A DNA stretch of 20,000 nucleotides from an uncultured virus (IMG/VR IMGVR_UViG_3300027832_000015) (taxonomy: Duplodnaviria; Heunggongvirae; Uroviricota; Caudoviricetes): IMG/VR virus record IMGVR_UViG_3300027832_000015; one strand, written 5' to 3'. Each line of letters opens with the position of its first letter. Position 1 is the stretch's first letter. Shown here one piece after another: positions 1-8,033 of this stretch. A model generated the notes under the pieces. That model did no database searches. It saw only the letters and a program-made list of their open reading frames with translations, and was not told where the DNA came from. A program made the position numbers and the translations under genes.

Positions 1-1149
1 GGTGCATGGAGCGCCAATGTCAGGGTGGCCGTCATCGCTGGCCTCGCCGCTGGATCCCGTCAGCTTCAGTTGACCTACGCCAACGTCATCATCTTCAACA
101 CTGGCGATATTCTCACCGTTGCGGAAATGGCCGGAAAGATCAACCGAGACACGACCGCGTCCCACTACATCACAGCAGAAGTCGTCGGTGCAAACCTTCC
201 CGCAATTCTCACGGCCACGGCGATTTCGACCGGCGATGATGATCGCGCGAATGTGACACACGCCGAGTACAACAGCGCGCTCACGCTTTTCCTTGACTCA
301 TACGGCGCTGGCGTTGTAGCCAACCCTGAGAGCACGGTCGATCAGGTCAAGGCCGGATTGATTACGCACGCGAATTCATACAACCGAATCTGCTACATCC
401 ACCTCCCGGCCGGAACGCCGGTCGCGGACGACGGGGCAGACAATGTCGCAGATGTGGCGCGTTCGCTGACGGCTTCGACGGAAAACGCCGAGCATGCTCA
501 GCTGATTTTCCCTTGGGTATACAAGCCGACAGACATCGCTGGCGTCAACCGTATGATCCCGCCGGTCGGCTATGCCGCCGGTTGTCGGTCACGGGCACAC
601 AACCAGATTGGTGCCCAGCAGGCCGGTGCAGGAATCATTTCAAGCGCCCGCTACATCAACGGACTTGAGTATGACCTCGACAAGGCGAATGGCGATCGAC
701 TCGATAGCGCAAACGTTGTCGCTATCCGCCGAATCAACAATGCGATTCGCATCTACGGGGCTCGCACACTGTCTTCCGACACGTCGAACTTCCGGTACAT
801 CACCGGACAAGACTTGGTCAACCATGTGGTCGTTGAGGCCAACCGTTCGCTTGAGGATCTCCTGTTCAGTGTGATCGACGGGCGGAACAACATTTTTGCC
901 AGCGTCGAAGCCAAGATGATCGCAATTCTTGAGCCTCTTCGTCTCGCTGGAGCACTGTATGAGGCGTTCGACCTCTACGGGAAGCGGATCGACTACGGAT
1001 ACACCGTCAAGTGTGACAAATCCCTGAACCCAGTCACCCAGTTGGCTGATGGTCTCGTTAAAGCTAAGGTCGGAATCCGCGTGTCAAGCGTCGGAGACAA
1101 GATCGAGGTCGACATCGTCAAGAGCAACTTGACGGCGTCGGTCGTCTAA
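1..1149 (+). CDS. Contractile tail sheath protein (5' truncated; begins upstream of the window)
   Basis: The frame is open from base 1 (GAWSANVRV...). It has typical sheath C-terminal motifs: FPWVY..., IPPVGYAAG, AGAG, LDSANVVAIRRINNAIRIYGARTLS-D--FRYI, and VTVKCDKSLNP...GLVKAKVGIRV. It lies directly upstream of a tube-sized gene. Confidence 0.93.
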   Translation, partial: GAWSANVRVAVIAGLAAGSRQLQLTYANVIIFNTGDILTVAEMAGKINRDTTASHYITAEVVGANLPAILTATAISTGDDDRANVTHAEYNSALTLFLDSYGAGVVANPESTVDQVKAGLITHANSYNRICYIHLPAGTPVADDGADNVADVARSLTASTENAEHAQLIFPWVYKPTDIAGVNRMIPPVGYAAGCRSRAHNQIGAQQAGAGIISSARYINGLEYDLDKANGDRLDSANVVAIRRINNAIRIYGARTLSSDTSNFRYITGQDLVNHVVVEANRSLEDLLFSVIDGRNNIFASVEAKMIAILEPLRLAGALYEAFDLYGKRIDYGYTVKCDKSLNPVTQLADGLVKAKVGIRVSSVGDKIEVDIVKSNLTASVV

Positions 1150-1164
1150 TCGGAGGAATAACAA

Positions 1165-1629
1165 ATGTCTAAGACTTCACAGCGACAGATTCTCGCCGAC
1201 ATCGCGCCGGTGGACAGCAATCATCCCAAGTGGGAGGGCTTCCGCTTCGCTCAAGTTTCGGGTGGAGAGATCACCGCTTCAGTTGAGAAGATCTATGAGG
1301 GGGGTGCGAAGTTCCCATCCGTGCTTTGCGCGCCTTTCGAGATTGGTGACATCACGCTGACGGCTCACTTCGACGACGATTACACTGAGAGCGACGGAGC
1401 CAGCGGAATTGCCAGAAAGTTGGCTTCGCTCCGCCCTCTCGTTGGTCAGGCGTACTACAACGTCAACATCAAGACGTACGACTGCGACATCGAGGTGCTT
1501 GGCACCGACCGGGTGTACACCAGCGCCCTGCTTGTTGGGCTCACCGAGCCAGAAGGTGACTCGTCCTCTGGGGCGCCAGCGACATTCGCGCTGACGTTTG
1601 CAATCCAGAGCGTCAACTCCACCACCTGA
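1165..1629 (+). CDS. Tail tube protein (T4 gp19-like fold)
   Basis: 154 aa, directly after the sheath. GGAGG RBS at 1152-1156. Tube-like pattern FAQVSGGEITASVEKIYEGG...IGDITLT...EGDSSSGAPATFALTF. Confidence 0.85.
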   Translation: MSKTSQRQILADIAPVDSNHPKWEGFRFAQVSGGEITASVEKIYEGGAKFPSVLCAPFEIGDITLTAHFDDDYTESDGASGIARKLASLRPLVGQAYYNVNIKTYDCDIEVLGTDRVYTSALLVGLTEPEGDSSSGAPATFALTFAIQSVNSTT

Positions 1630-1661
1630 TTTATCCGCGTCTGGCTTCGGCCTAGCACTTT

Positions 1662-1702
1662 AGAGACCCTTTTCCTTCGCTGGAGAGGGGTCTCTTTATT
1701 TT
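1662..1702 (+). terminator. Rho-independent terminator after sheath/tube
   Basis: AGAGACCCTTTTCC-TTCGCT-GGAGAGGGGTCTCT is a 14-bp stem with 2 G-U pairs, followed by TTATTTT. Confidence 0.85.
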
Positions 1703-1733
1703 ATGAGGAGTTCCGTTCGGGGTAACTCCGATG

Positions 1734-1742
1734 TGCTAATTT
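1734..1742 (+). promoter_or_regulatory. Extended -10 promoter (TGcTAATTT), probably producing a leaderless chaperone transcript
   Basis: TGn-TANNNT ends 6 nt before ATG 1749. There is no SD at normal spacing, and it sits just after the terminator. Confidence 0.55.
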
Positions 1743-1748
1743 TTCAGC

Positions 1749-2267
1749 ATGACCGAAAGCCTTTACATCGAAGAAAATGAGCCCTCCGCTGAGCCCGCAA
1801 AGGCCTCAAAAGCGAAGGCTTCCATCGTTTCCCCTCTCTCCCGTTTGAAGGAAACCATTTCAAAGAAGGTGGAGCGATCAGTGATCCACCTTGAGGTGCC
1901 GGACCGCAAGGGGGTTTACCTCATTATCAGCCCCAACGTAGCGCAGAATCAGATGAAGAGCTGGCGGCGCAACGCTGGCGAAGATTCCAAAAAGGGCATG
2001 GATCCAACGAAGTTTGCCGCTTACGTCGTTGGCCATACGACCACCGGAATCATTATGGATGGCGAGGAAGTGTTTGATGCGGACGGCAATTCTCTGAACT
2101 TTGCATCCAAAGACGTTTTGGAGTCGACGGACACAACGAGGCCTGTACCTGACGCCGTTTTGGCATTTTTCAATCTTGACCCACACGTCGAGCAGGGTGC
2201 TCTAGCGATTCTGGAGGCAGCTGGCTACGGTGACACCGTTGAAGCGGTGGACCCTACGAAGGACTGA
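1749..2267 (+). CDS. Tail assembly chaperone (gpG-like)
   Basis: 172-aa acidic protein between tube and tape measure, ending VDPTKD. It overlaps an open -1 frame. Confidence 0.8.
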   Translation: MTESLYIEENEPSAEPAKASKAKASIVSPLSRLKETISKKVERSVIHLEVPDRKGVYLIISPNVAQNQMKSWRRNAGEDSKKGMDPTKFAAYVVGHTTTGIIMDGEEVFDADGNSLNFASKDVLESTDTTRPVPDAVLAFFNLDPHVEQGALAILEAAGYGDTVEAVDPTKD

Positions 2268-2452
2268 TTGACGATTTAGCCGATGATGGCTACGTAATCA
2301 GTGCTGCGCGACTAGCGGAATTGTGGGGAACTAGCCCTATCGACTTGTTATCTGTAGATGATGACGAATGGTTGGTACTTATGGCATGTGCTAAAGTGGT
2401 AGAGCGCGATCGTGAAGAATCGGAGCGTAAGCGCAAGCATAATAATCGCTAA
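2243..2452 (+). CDS. Tail assembly chaperone extension (gpT-like), probably reached by -1 ribosomal frameshift; not in the ORF track
   Basis: The -1 frame opens after TGA 2240-2242 and runs to TAA 2450-2452: ...PYEGLIDDLADDGYVISAARLAELWGTSPIDLLSVDDDEWLVLMACAKVVERDREESERKRKHNNR. It has no proper start/RBS at its 5' end, and LWGTSPIDLL...EW is typical of T-region helices. Confidence 0.72.
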   Translation, partial: SGGPYEGLIDDLADDGYVISAARLAELWGTSPIDLLSVDDDEWLVLMACAKVVERDREESERKRKHNNR

Positions 2453-2469
2453 CCTGAGGGTTGAGACCT

Positions 2470-5400
2470 ATGGCTGATGCAAGTCTAGTAATCAAGATTA
2501 GTGCGACTGGTGAACGCAACCTCAAGTCGATCCGTAGAGACCTTGACAGGATTAGCGCCTCCGCTGTAACTACTTCTGCAGCCCTGCAGGCTTTCGCCCG
2601 GAGTTACAACGACGCTTGGGACAAACACCTCAAGAACGTCGAAAAGAACTTCACACGGCACTTCGACGACCTCGATCGGATGGTCTCAATGGCCGGTGGC
2701 ACGCTGCTGAAAGGGCTCGGCTTGGCGCTCAAGGCAACCGCTGCCGAGTTTGTCCTAATGGGCGCATCAATGCTTGGTGTTCACGCACTGTTTGCTACCG
2801 GCAACTGGTTGATGAAGGGTTACCGGGGGGCAATGGCCCTGTTGGCTGGAGCGGCAGCGTCGACTGCCGTGGCTCTTGCTTCTGTGGCGGCCGCAATCCG
2901 CGAACAGAGCGCCGCAATGTACGCTTACAAGGCGACCGGATACAAGCAGTTTGGAGACAACCTGAATCGCGTCCGTGTAGTTATGCGCGGTCTAGAAACA
3001 GATACCCGTTTCGCTTCCGTTGGGGTGGAGAACTTAAACGCAGCGTACGCAGCAGTCTCCCAGAGGTCGACGTTCACGGCAGGTTCTCAGGGCCTACTGA
3101 GTGGTCTTATGGACTTTGCTTCAGCAGGTCAGCCATTAGAGCAAGGGGTCAAGGCCGCTGGCCAATTGATCGGCATTCTCCAAGATCCAAAAGCATCGTT
3201 TAGCGAGATAACCAAATCCGCTGAAGCGCTTGGTCCAGCCATGCAGAAGGCGATGAAGGAAGCTGAGAAGCAAGGCATCAACACCGCAACTGAACTGAAG
3301 AAAGCAATCAACGACGGCACGCTCGTTTCGATGGGTGGCGTTGAAGGCCAGTTCGATGCAGTAAACGGAACTCTCGTGAGCATCATGAAGGGCGGCTTCA
3401 ACCAAATTCGCTCAATGTTTGCTGATATGGGTCAACCTTTCCTCAAGCCGTTGAAGGAGGCTGCTGACGAGATCCTTGTCATCTTCAAGCGCACGTTCAT
3501 GCGGCTACGGGGTGACCTTGGCAAGTTCGGCACGGGATCGTTTATCACCTCGCTTGTGAGTATGTCCGAGAAACTCGAAAATGTGTTCGTGAAGTTGATC
3601 CGTGATTACTTGCCTCAGGTTATCGGAATGTTCGGCAGGTGGTCCGATAAGTGGGATTCTTTCACAAATGGATGGAACAGGCTTCTCGACGGGATGCGGC
3701 CACTTATAGATGGGGCGAAAGTTCTTGAAGGTGTTCTAAAGAACATCTTCGGTCCTGTCTGGACCCAAATTAAAGAAAAGTTTGGCTCTTTCAACGACCA
3801 GCTTAAGGAGAACGAACCTCAACTTTTATCATTCGGTACTGCTCTGGGTGACATGCTTGTCTCCTTTAGCAAAGTGACCGACAAGATGCGCGAGCTTTTC
3901 TTCACGGCGCTTCCATTCATCACCAAAATGCTTGAAGGCGTCAAGCAGATCACGGATCTCCTCGGCACGATGCTCGGTTCTATGGGGAAAATTTTTGGTG
4001 GTAAGGGTGACGGTTTTGGTGCTTTTGGAATGTTGATGGGCCTCGGCCTTATCGGCCGTTCAATGAAAAACACTAAAGGCGGATTTGTTCAGAAATCGAT
4101 GGTTTCGAGCATGAACGTTCAAGCAAATCAAGTTACCGTCACGGGCGCAACTGCAGGTGGGCAAATGTATCCGGGTGCAGCAACATCTCAGCAAGCGTTT
4201 AATACACCCTATGGTCCGGGTCGCACTGTTGGCGGGCTGGGTGGTGGTGCTGGATCTGGATTTTTGTCCGCAAGAAATGGTCCGACATCTAATTATTACC
4301 CACCCGGATCTTTAGGTGGACCTATTAGTCACCGCGCTGGAGTGGCTCAGGGTATGTCCTCGGGGCAAGTTGCTGCCTATAACAAAGGTACCCGTGCGGC
4401 AGCGGCGGCACAGGCTCCGATGACCTCTTCCGGCATGACGGGTTTGCCAAGCCGATTGCAACAGTTCAGTGGCTCTAGAGGCCCCCGGGCCATGCGCAAC
4501 AACTCTAAAATGTACGGCAATTTTAGTAAATACAATAACTCTGCAAGTGGAAAAATGGGAACGATGGTTGGTCTCGGCCTGCTCAGTTCCGTAATGCCGG
4601 AAGAGACACAAGGCGCAATGTCCTTAGGGGCCAGTCTTGCAGTGATCAATCCTGCCCTCGGTCTTGGCGTTGCAGGCATCGGTACCGCCATGACTTCAAA
4701 GAATGCAGCTGTCGGCGTCGGCGGCGGTGTTGTTGGTGGAGCAGCATTGGGGATGATGGTCGCTGGCCCTGTGGGTGCTGCTGTTGGTGGAATTCTTGGT
4801 GGAGTACTCGGCGGGATTAAGGCCAACAGCAACAAGCACAATGCTATGAGGGAAGAGGCTCGCGAACAGGGTCGTAGCGCAAGTAAGCAAATTCTTGAAG
4901 GGCTGATGACGGGTATAAGCGATGCGTCTAAAAACGACGACATCAAAGCGTTCACATCGGAAAATTTGGGCGAGACGCTCGGTTTGAATCTGCTGGATGA
5001 TGCGGTGAAGGATTCGTTCGACTTCCAGAAGCAGAATGGTTTGAGATCGCATGAGCAGCGTCAGGCTCTTGTTGAAAAACTTTACGCGCAACGCGACGTT
5101 CTCGGATTCGAGATGTCTGAAGAAGAAAAGAAAAAAGCACTTGAGAAGCCAAACGAATTTTTGGAAACGATCAATAAAGAGTTGGCTCCGACGTTTGAAG
5201 CGGCAACTGAAATCACCAACAAATTCGAGTCACGAATGGACTTGTTCACGTCTTCTCTTCGCATGACAGAAGAGGAAGTGATGAGGCTTGCTCAGACCAC
5301 TGGCGTGAACCTTTACGATGCCGCACAAAATACCGGAGACATGATAAAGCAACTTGCTGACGGGCTGATTACTTCAAAAGAAAAGATGGATCAAGCGATG

Positions 5401-6585
5401 GCAGATATCGGCGCCAGAGGGATGTCGAAGCTATCTGTAGAGAAGAGGCGCCTTGAAGCCCCACATGTCATGGACGAAGCAGCCCAAAACATCTTGGATA
5501 TGTCACGATCTGGAAACTTCGATACCGCTAATGCGGTTGGGCTGACGGAGGACATCTATGGAGGCCTAATTGACTTTTACGAAGGTGACACTACGAAGGC
5601 GATGCTCACTTTTCTGGATCAGTTTGCGGATGGTAAAGCGTTCGAAGAGGGGAACACGCTGTCAGCCATGAAACCTGCAGACATAGCAACTTTTCTGGCG
5701 GCTATTCAACCTGCATTGGACGAGATGCAAAGCGGTAGGGATAAAATAGGTTTCGATCTGTTCTCTGGCATTTTTGCTGACTCTGGACTTTCTGTCGTAC
5801 TCAAAGACCCTGAATACTTTTCTAAACTGACTGACAAGCAACTTATCGCATTTGGCGATAAATTTACAGCTGAAAACATTAAGGACAAGTCAGGCATCGA
5901 ACTGAAAGATATGTTGGCAGAATTGTTCCCAGATATGCAAGCGAAGTTTGAAGTGGTGGAGGACATCATTGCGGGGGCGGCGCTAGATCTAGAAACAAAG
6001 TCCGCTGAGTTCGTGGCAGCATTGACCGGCATGATTACCGCACTGAGCAATGGTTTGAGCAATCTCAATATCCCGGATCCGCCAGCACCGGTTCCCGACA
6101 CCGGCGTCGATCCCGATACGTCGACTCCTCGTGGGGACACGCTTTCATCGAGATACTCGCGAACAATGTCAGCGCACAGTCAACTAGATTCGATGGCGTC
6201 GGGTAAACGATTTGTTACTTCCGGCTGGCGTAACTTCGATCTTGGCAGCCCAAGTTCAGACCACGTCAATGGCCGCGCATATGATTTGACCGGACAGAAT
6301 CTTGGTGCGTACAAGTCCCTCGTTGACGCCAGCGGAGGGTTTGGGGAGTTCCATGGTTCCGCTGGAAGCCGCCATCTTCACGTTGTTCCTAATACGTCTG
6401 GTGGGGCGCCGATGGGCGATTCATCGTCACCTGCGACACTCGGTGGTGGCGGCGGCGGCGGGATGACCAACAATAATAACTACACGATAAATATTAACGG
6501 ATCTGATCAGTCGCCGGAACAAATTGCTGAGGCTGTAATGCAACGGATAAAGAGCGACGAGATGTCAATGAGTGAGCGTCGCTGA
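2470..6585 (+). CDS. Tape measure protein with C-terminal putative M15/LAS-type zinc peptidase domain
   Basis: About 1371 aa, Ala/Gly-rich and helical, with hydrophobic Gly-rich segments, following the chaperone. ATG 2470 is preferred over TTG 2461 because GAGG lies at 2456-2459. Typical TMP end (NNNYTININGSDQSPEQIAEAVMQRI). SDHVNGRAYD...HLH motif at about 6256-6381. Confidence 0.9.
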   Translation: MADASLVIKISATGERNLKSIRRDLDRISASAVTTSAALQAFARSYNDAWDKHLKNVEKNFTRHFDDLDRMVSMAGGTLLKGLGLALKATAAEFVLMGASMLGVHALFATGNWLMKGYRGAMALLAGAAASTAVALASVAAAIREQSAAMYAYKATGYKQFGDNLNRVRVVMRGLETDTRFASVGVENLNAAYAAVSQRSTFTAGSQGLLSGLMDFASAGQPLEQGVKAAGQLIGILQDPKASFSEITKSAEALGPAMQKAMKEAEKQGINTATELKKAINDGTLVSMGGVEGQFDAVNGTLVSIMKGGFNQIRSMFADMGQPFLKPLKEAADEILVIFKRTFMRLRGDLGKFGTGSFITSLVSMSEKLENVFVKLIRDYLPQVIGMFGRWSDKWDSFTNGWNRLLDGMRPLIDGAKVLEGVLKNIFGPVWTQIKEKFGSFNDQLKENEPQLLSFGTALGDMLVSFSKVTDKMRELFFTALPFITKMLEGVKQITDLLGTMLGSMGKIFGGKGDGFGAFGMLMGLGLIGRSMKNTKGGFVQKSMVSSMNVQANQVTVTGATAGGQMYPGAATSQQAFNTPYGPGRTVGGLGGGAGSGFLSARNGPTSNYYPPGSLGGPISHRAGVAQGMSSGQVAAYNKGTRAAAAAQAPMTSSGMTGLPSRLQQFSGSRGPRAMRNNSKMYGNFSKYNNSASGKMGTMVGLGLLSSVMPEETQGAMSLGASLAVINPALGLGVAGIGTAMTSKNAAVGVGGGVVGGAALGMMVAGPVGAAVGGILGGVLGGIKANSNKHNAMREEAREQGRSASKQILEGLMTGISDASKNDDIKAFTSENLGETLGLNLLDDAVKDSFDFQKQNGLRSHEQRQALVEKLYAQRDVLGFEMSEEEKKKALEKPNEFLETINKELAPTFEAATEITNKFESRMDLFTSSLRMTEEEVMRLAQTTGVNLYDAAQNTGDMIKQLADGLITSKEKMDQAMADIGARGMSKLSVEKRRLEAPHVMDEAAQNILDMSRSGNFDTANAVGLTEDIYGGLIDFYEGDTTKAMLTFLDQFADGKAFEEGNTLSAMKPADIATFLAAIQPALDEMQSGRDKIGFDLFSGIFADSGLSVVLKDPEYFSKLTDKQLIAFGDKFTAENIKDKSGIELKDMLAELFPDMQAKFEVVEDIIAGAALDLETKSAEFVAALTGMITALSNGLSNLNIPDPPAPVPDTGVDPDTSTPRGDTLSSRYSRTMSAHSQLDSMASGKRFVTSGWRNFDLGSPSSDHVNGRAYDLTGQNLGAYKSLVDASGGFGEFHGSAGSRHLHVVPNTSGGAPMGDSSSPATLGGGGGGGMTNNNNYTININGSDQSPEQIAEAVMQRIKSDEMSMSERR

Positions 6586-8033
6586 TGGCTGTTGGCGACT
6601 GGCCAAGTTTCAGCGGGGGCGCAGATATTTCTTTTGTCGACCGCACGCCGCCCGGAACAATCGTCACAGCAGCGGGCGGCCCTGGGAGACGCTCTGGTGT
6701 CAAGTATATGGCGACCACCCGATTTGGACTCATCAAGATAAACGCCTTCAAGTATCAGATTGTTACAGCTTACGTCAGAGAGTCGCAGTCATTTAACGGA
6801 GCAAAAGAAAAACTTTATGACTGGCTCCCCCTTCGGGGAGGTTGTTACTTGACTGTTGCCCGACCTATCACTGGGATACATTATTATGGAACAAACTTTG
6901 GTACTGCTTCTCGTGATCGGAATTCTTATCATTTTTTAGATGGGTCAAAAAGTAGTGGCGGAGTAAGTTGCGTGAAAGAATCAGACGGGTCGTACTTATA
7001 CGCCGTTAAAGCTCCGCAAGCAAAATGGATTTCGGGCACTTATTACTACCGTCAGAATGTAGGTGTGTACATGCCCCTTTTTTCTTTTGCTACCAAAGAA
7101 GGCTCGGAGGCAAGCGGTTGGGCGTTTACGAACAGGCCGCAGGGGGGCACCCCCAACGCAGTTGCTCCGTTGGGTCCCAATGTCGGCCCCTTGCTGCCGT
7201 TTATGCCAGCCCCACAAACAAAACTACCGTCAAGTGGCGGAGGCGGAGGCGGAGGCGGTGGAGGAGGCGGTGGAGGAGGCGGTGGCGGACAGCCATCTGC
7301 AAACGTCGCCCCAACCCCAGCAGAAACCAAAGTTGTTGTTCGCGTCCCATACGGATACACCAAACCACCAACCAAAGGAATCGAGAACCGTCCTCGAATC
7401 GTCCAAAACTACGTCGAATACATCAAAGACTCTTCCACCAAACTCGGATACAAACAGATCACCGGTCAAGAAACGTTCCACTTCCCGTACGTCCCCAACA
7501 ACATCTCATATTCCGGTCTAGGTTCAGAGTGGACCAATATTGATAGGCAAGGAAATTATCCCCTTGTCGAATGGTCGAAGTGGCAATTGATGAGGGTCGA
7601 GATGGAATTCTTGTTGGCCGAAGACCGTGCTGTCGGTGGGGGAATTTTAGTTCCTGACGGCATTTTTGTTAGCGTTAAGAACCGGATCAATACCCTGCGG
7701 AAGATGGCTCAAAGGCAGGCACCAGTTTCTGTTTTCAATCTCGATGATCTTTTCCGGATTCAGGTGCGACGTGCGGCAGCAACCAGAAAGCCGATGCAGT
7801 TTGTGATTGCGGACATTAACGTCTCTTCAAGTAGAAGGTCGATGGACTCGAACGAGAAGGAGATTACAGCAGCGACAGTCAAACTGACGTTGCAGGAAAT
7901 CTTGATCGAGAATGTCACTATCGTAAAAATGTCACCTCCGCAGTTTTCGGAACCAATTTTGGCGAATCGGAGAGGGTCGGATACGACTTCTAGCGATGGT
8001 TTCAATGATCCCCTGTTCCATTGGGGCTTCTGA
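6585..8033 (+). CDS. Tail tube initiator / baseplate tube-like protein with an extra N-terminal domain and poly-Gly linker
   Basis: TGATG overlap with the TMP. The C-terminal half (FHFPYVPNNISYSGLGSEWTNIDRQGNYPLVEW...VEMEFLL...FVIADINV...ITAATVKLTLQE) resembles tube-fold proteins (P2 gpU / CIS tube-initiator type) found just after TMPs. Confidence 0.65.
   Translation: MAVGDWPSFSGGADISFVDRTPPGTIVTAAGGPGRRSGVKYMATTRFGLIKINAFKYQIVTAYVRESQSFNGAKEKLYDWLPLRGGCYLTVARPITGIHYYGTNFGTASRDRNSYHFLDGSKSSGGVSCVKESDGSYLYAVKAPQAKWISGTYYYRQNVGVYMPLFSFATKEGSEASGWAFTNRPQGGTPNAVAPLGPNVGPLLPFMPAPQTKLPSSGGGGGGGGGGGGGGGGGGQPSANVAPTPAETKVVVRVPYGYTKPPTKGIENRPRIVQNYVEYIKDSSTKLGYKQITGQETFHFPYVPNNISYSGLGSEWTNIDRQGNYPLVEWSKWQLMRVEMEFLLAEDRAVGGGILVPDGIFVSVKNRINTLRKMAQRQAPVSVFNLDDLFRIQVRRAAATRKPMQFVIADINVSSSRRSMDSNEKEITAATVKLTLQEILIENVTIVKMSPPQFSEPILANRRGSDTTSSDGFNDPLFHWGF
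7236..7289 (+). repeat. GGN trinucleotide run encoding 18 consecutive glycines
   Basis: ggcggaggcggaggcggaggcggtggaggaggcggtggaggaggcggtggcgga. Confidence 0.97.

Noticed and set aside
7025..7543. Alternative-frame ORFs with poly-Arg, poly-Pro or AEAE runs
   Set aside because: These are by-products of the GGN poly-Gly run in the main frame.
2461..8032. Track start sites TTG 2461 and 8021
   Set aside because: ATG 2470 has a properly spaced GAGG, and ATG 8033 forms a TGATG coupling overlap, so both are preferred.
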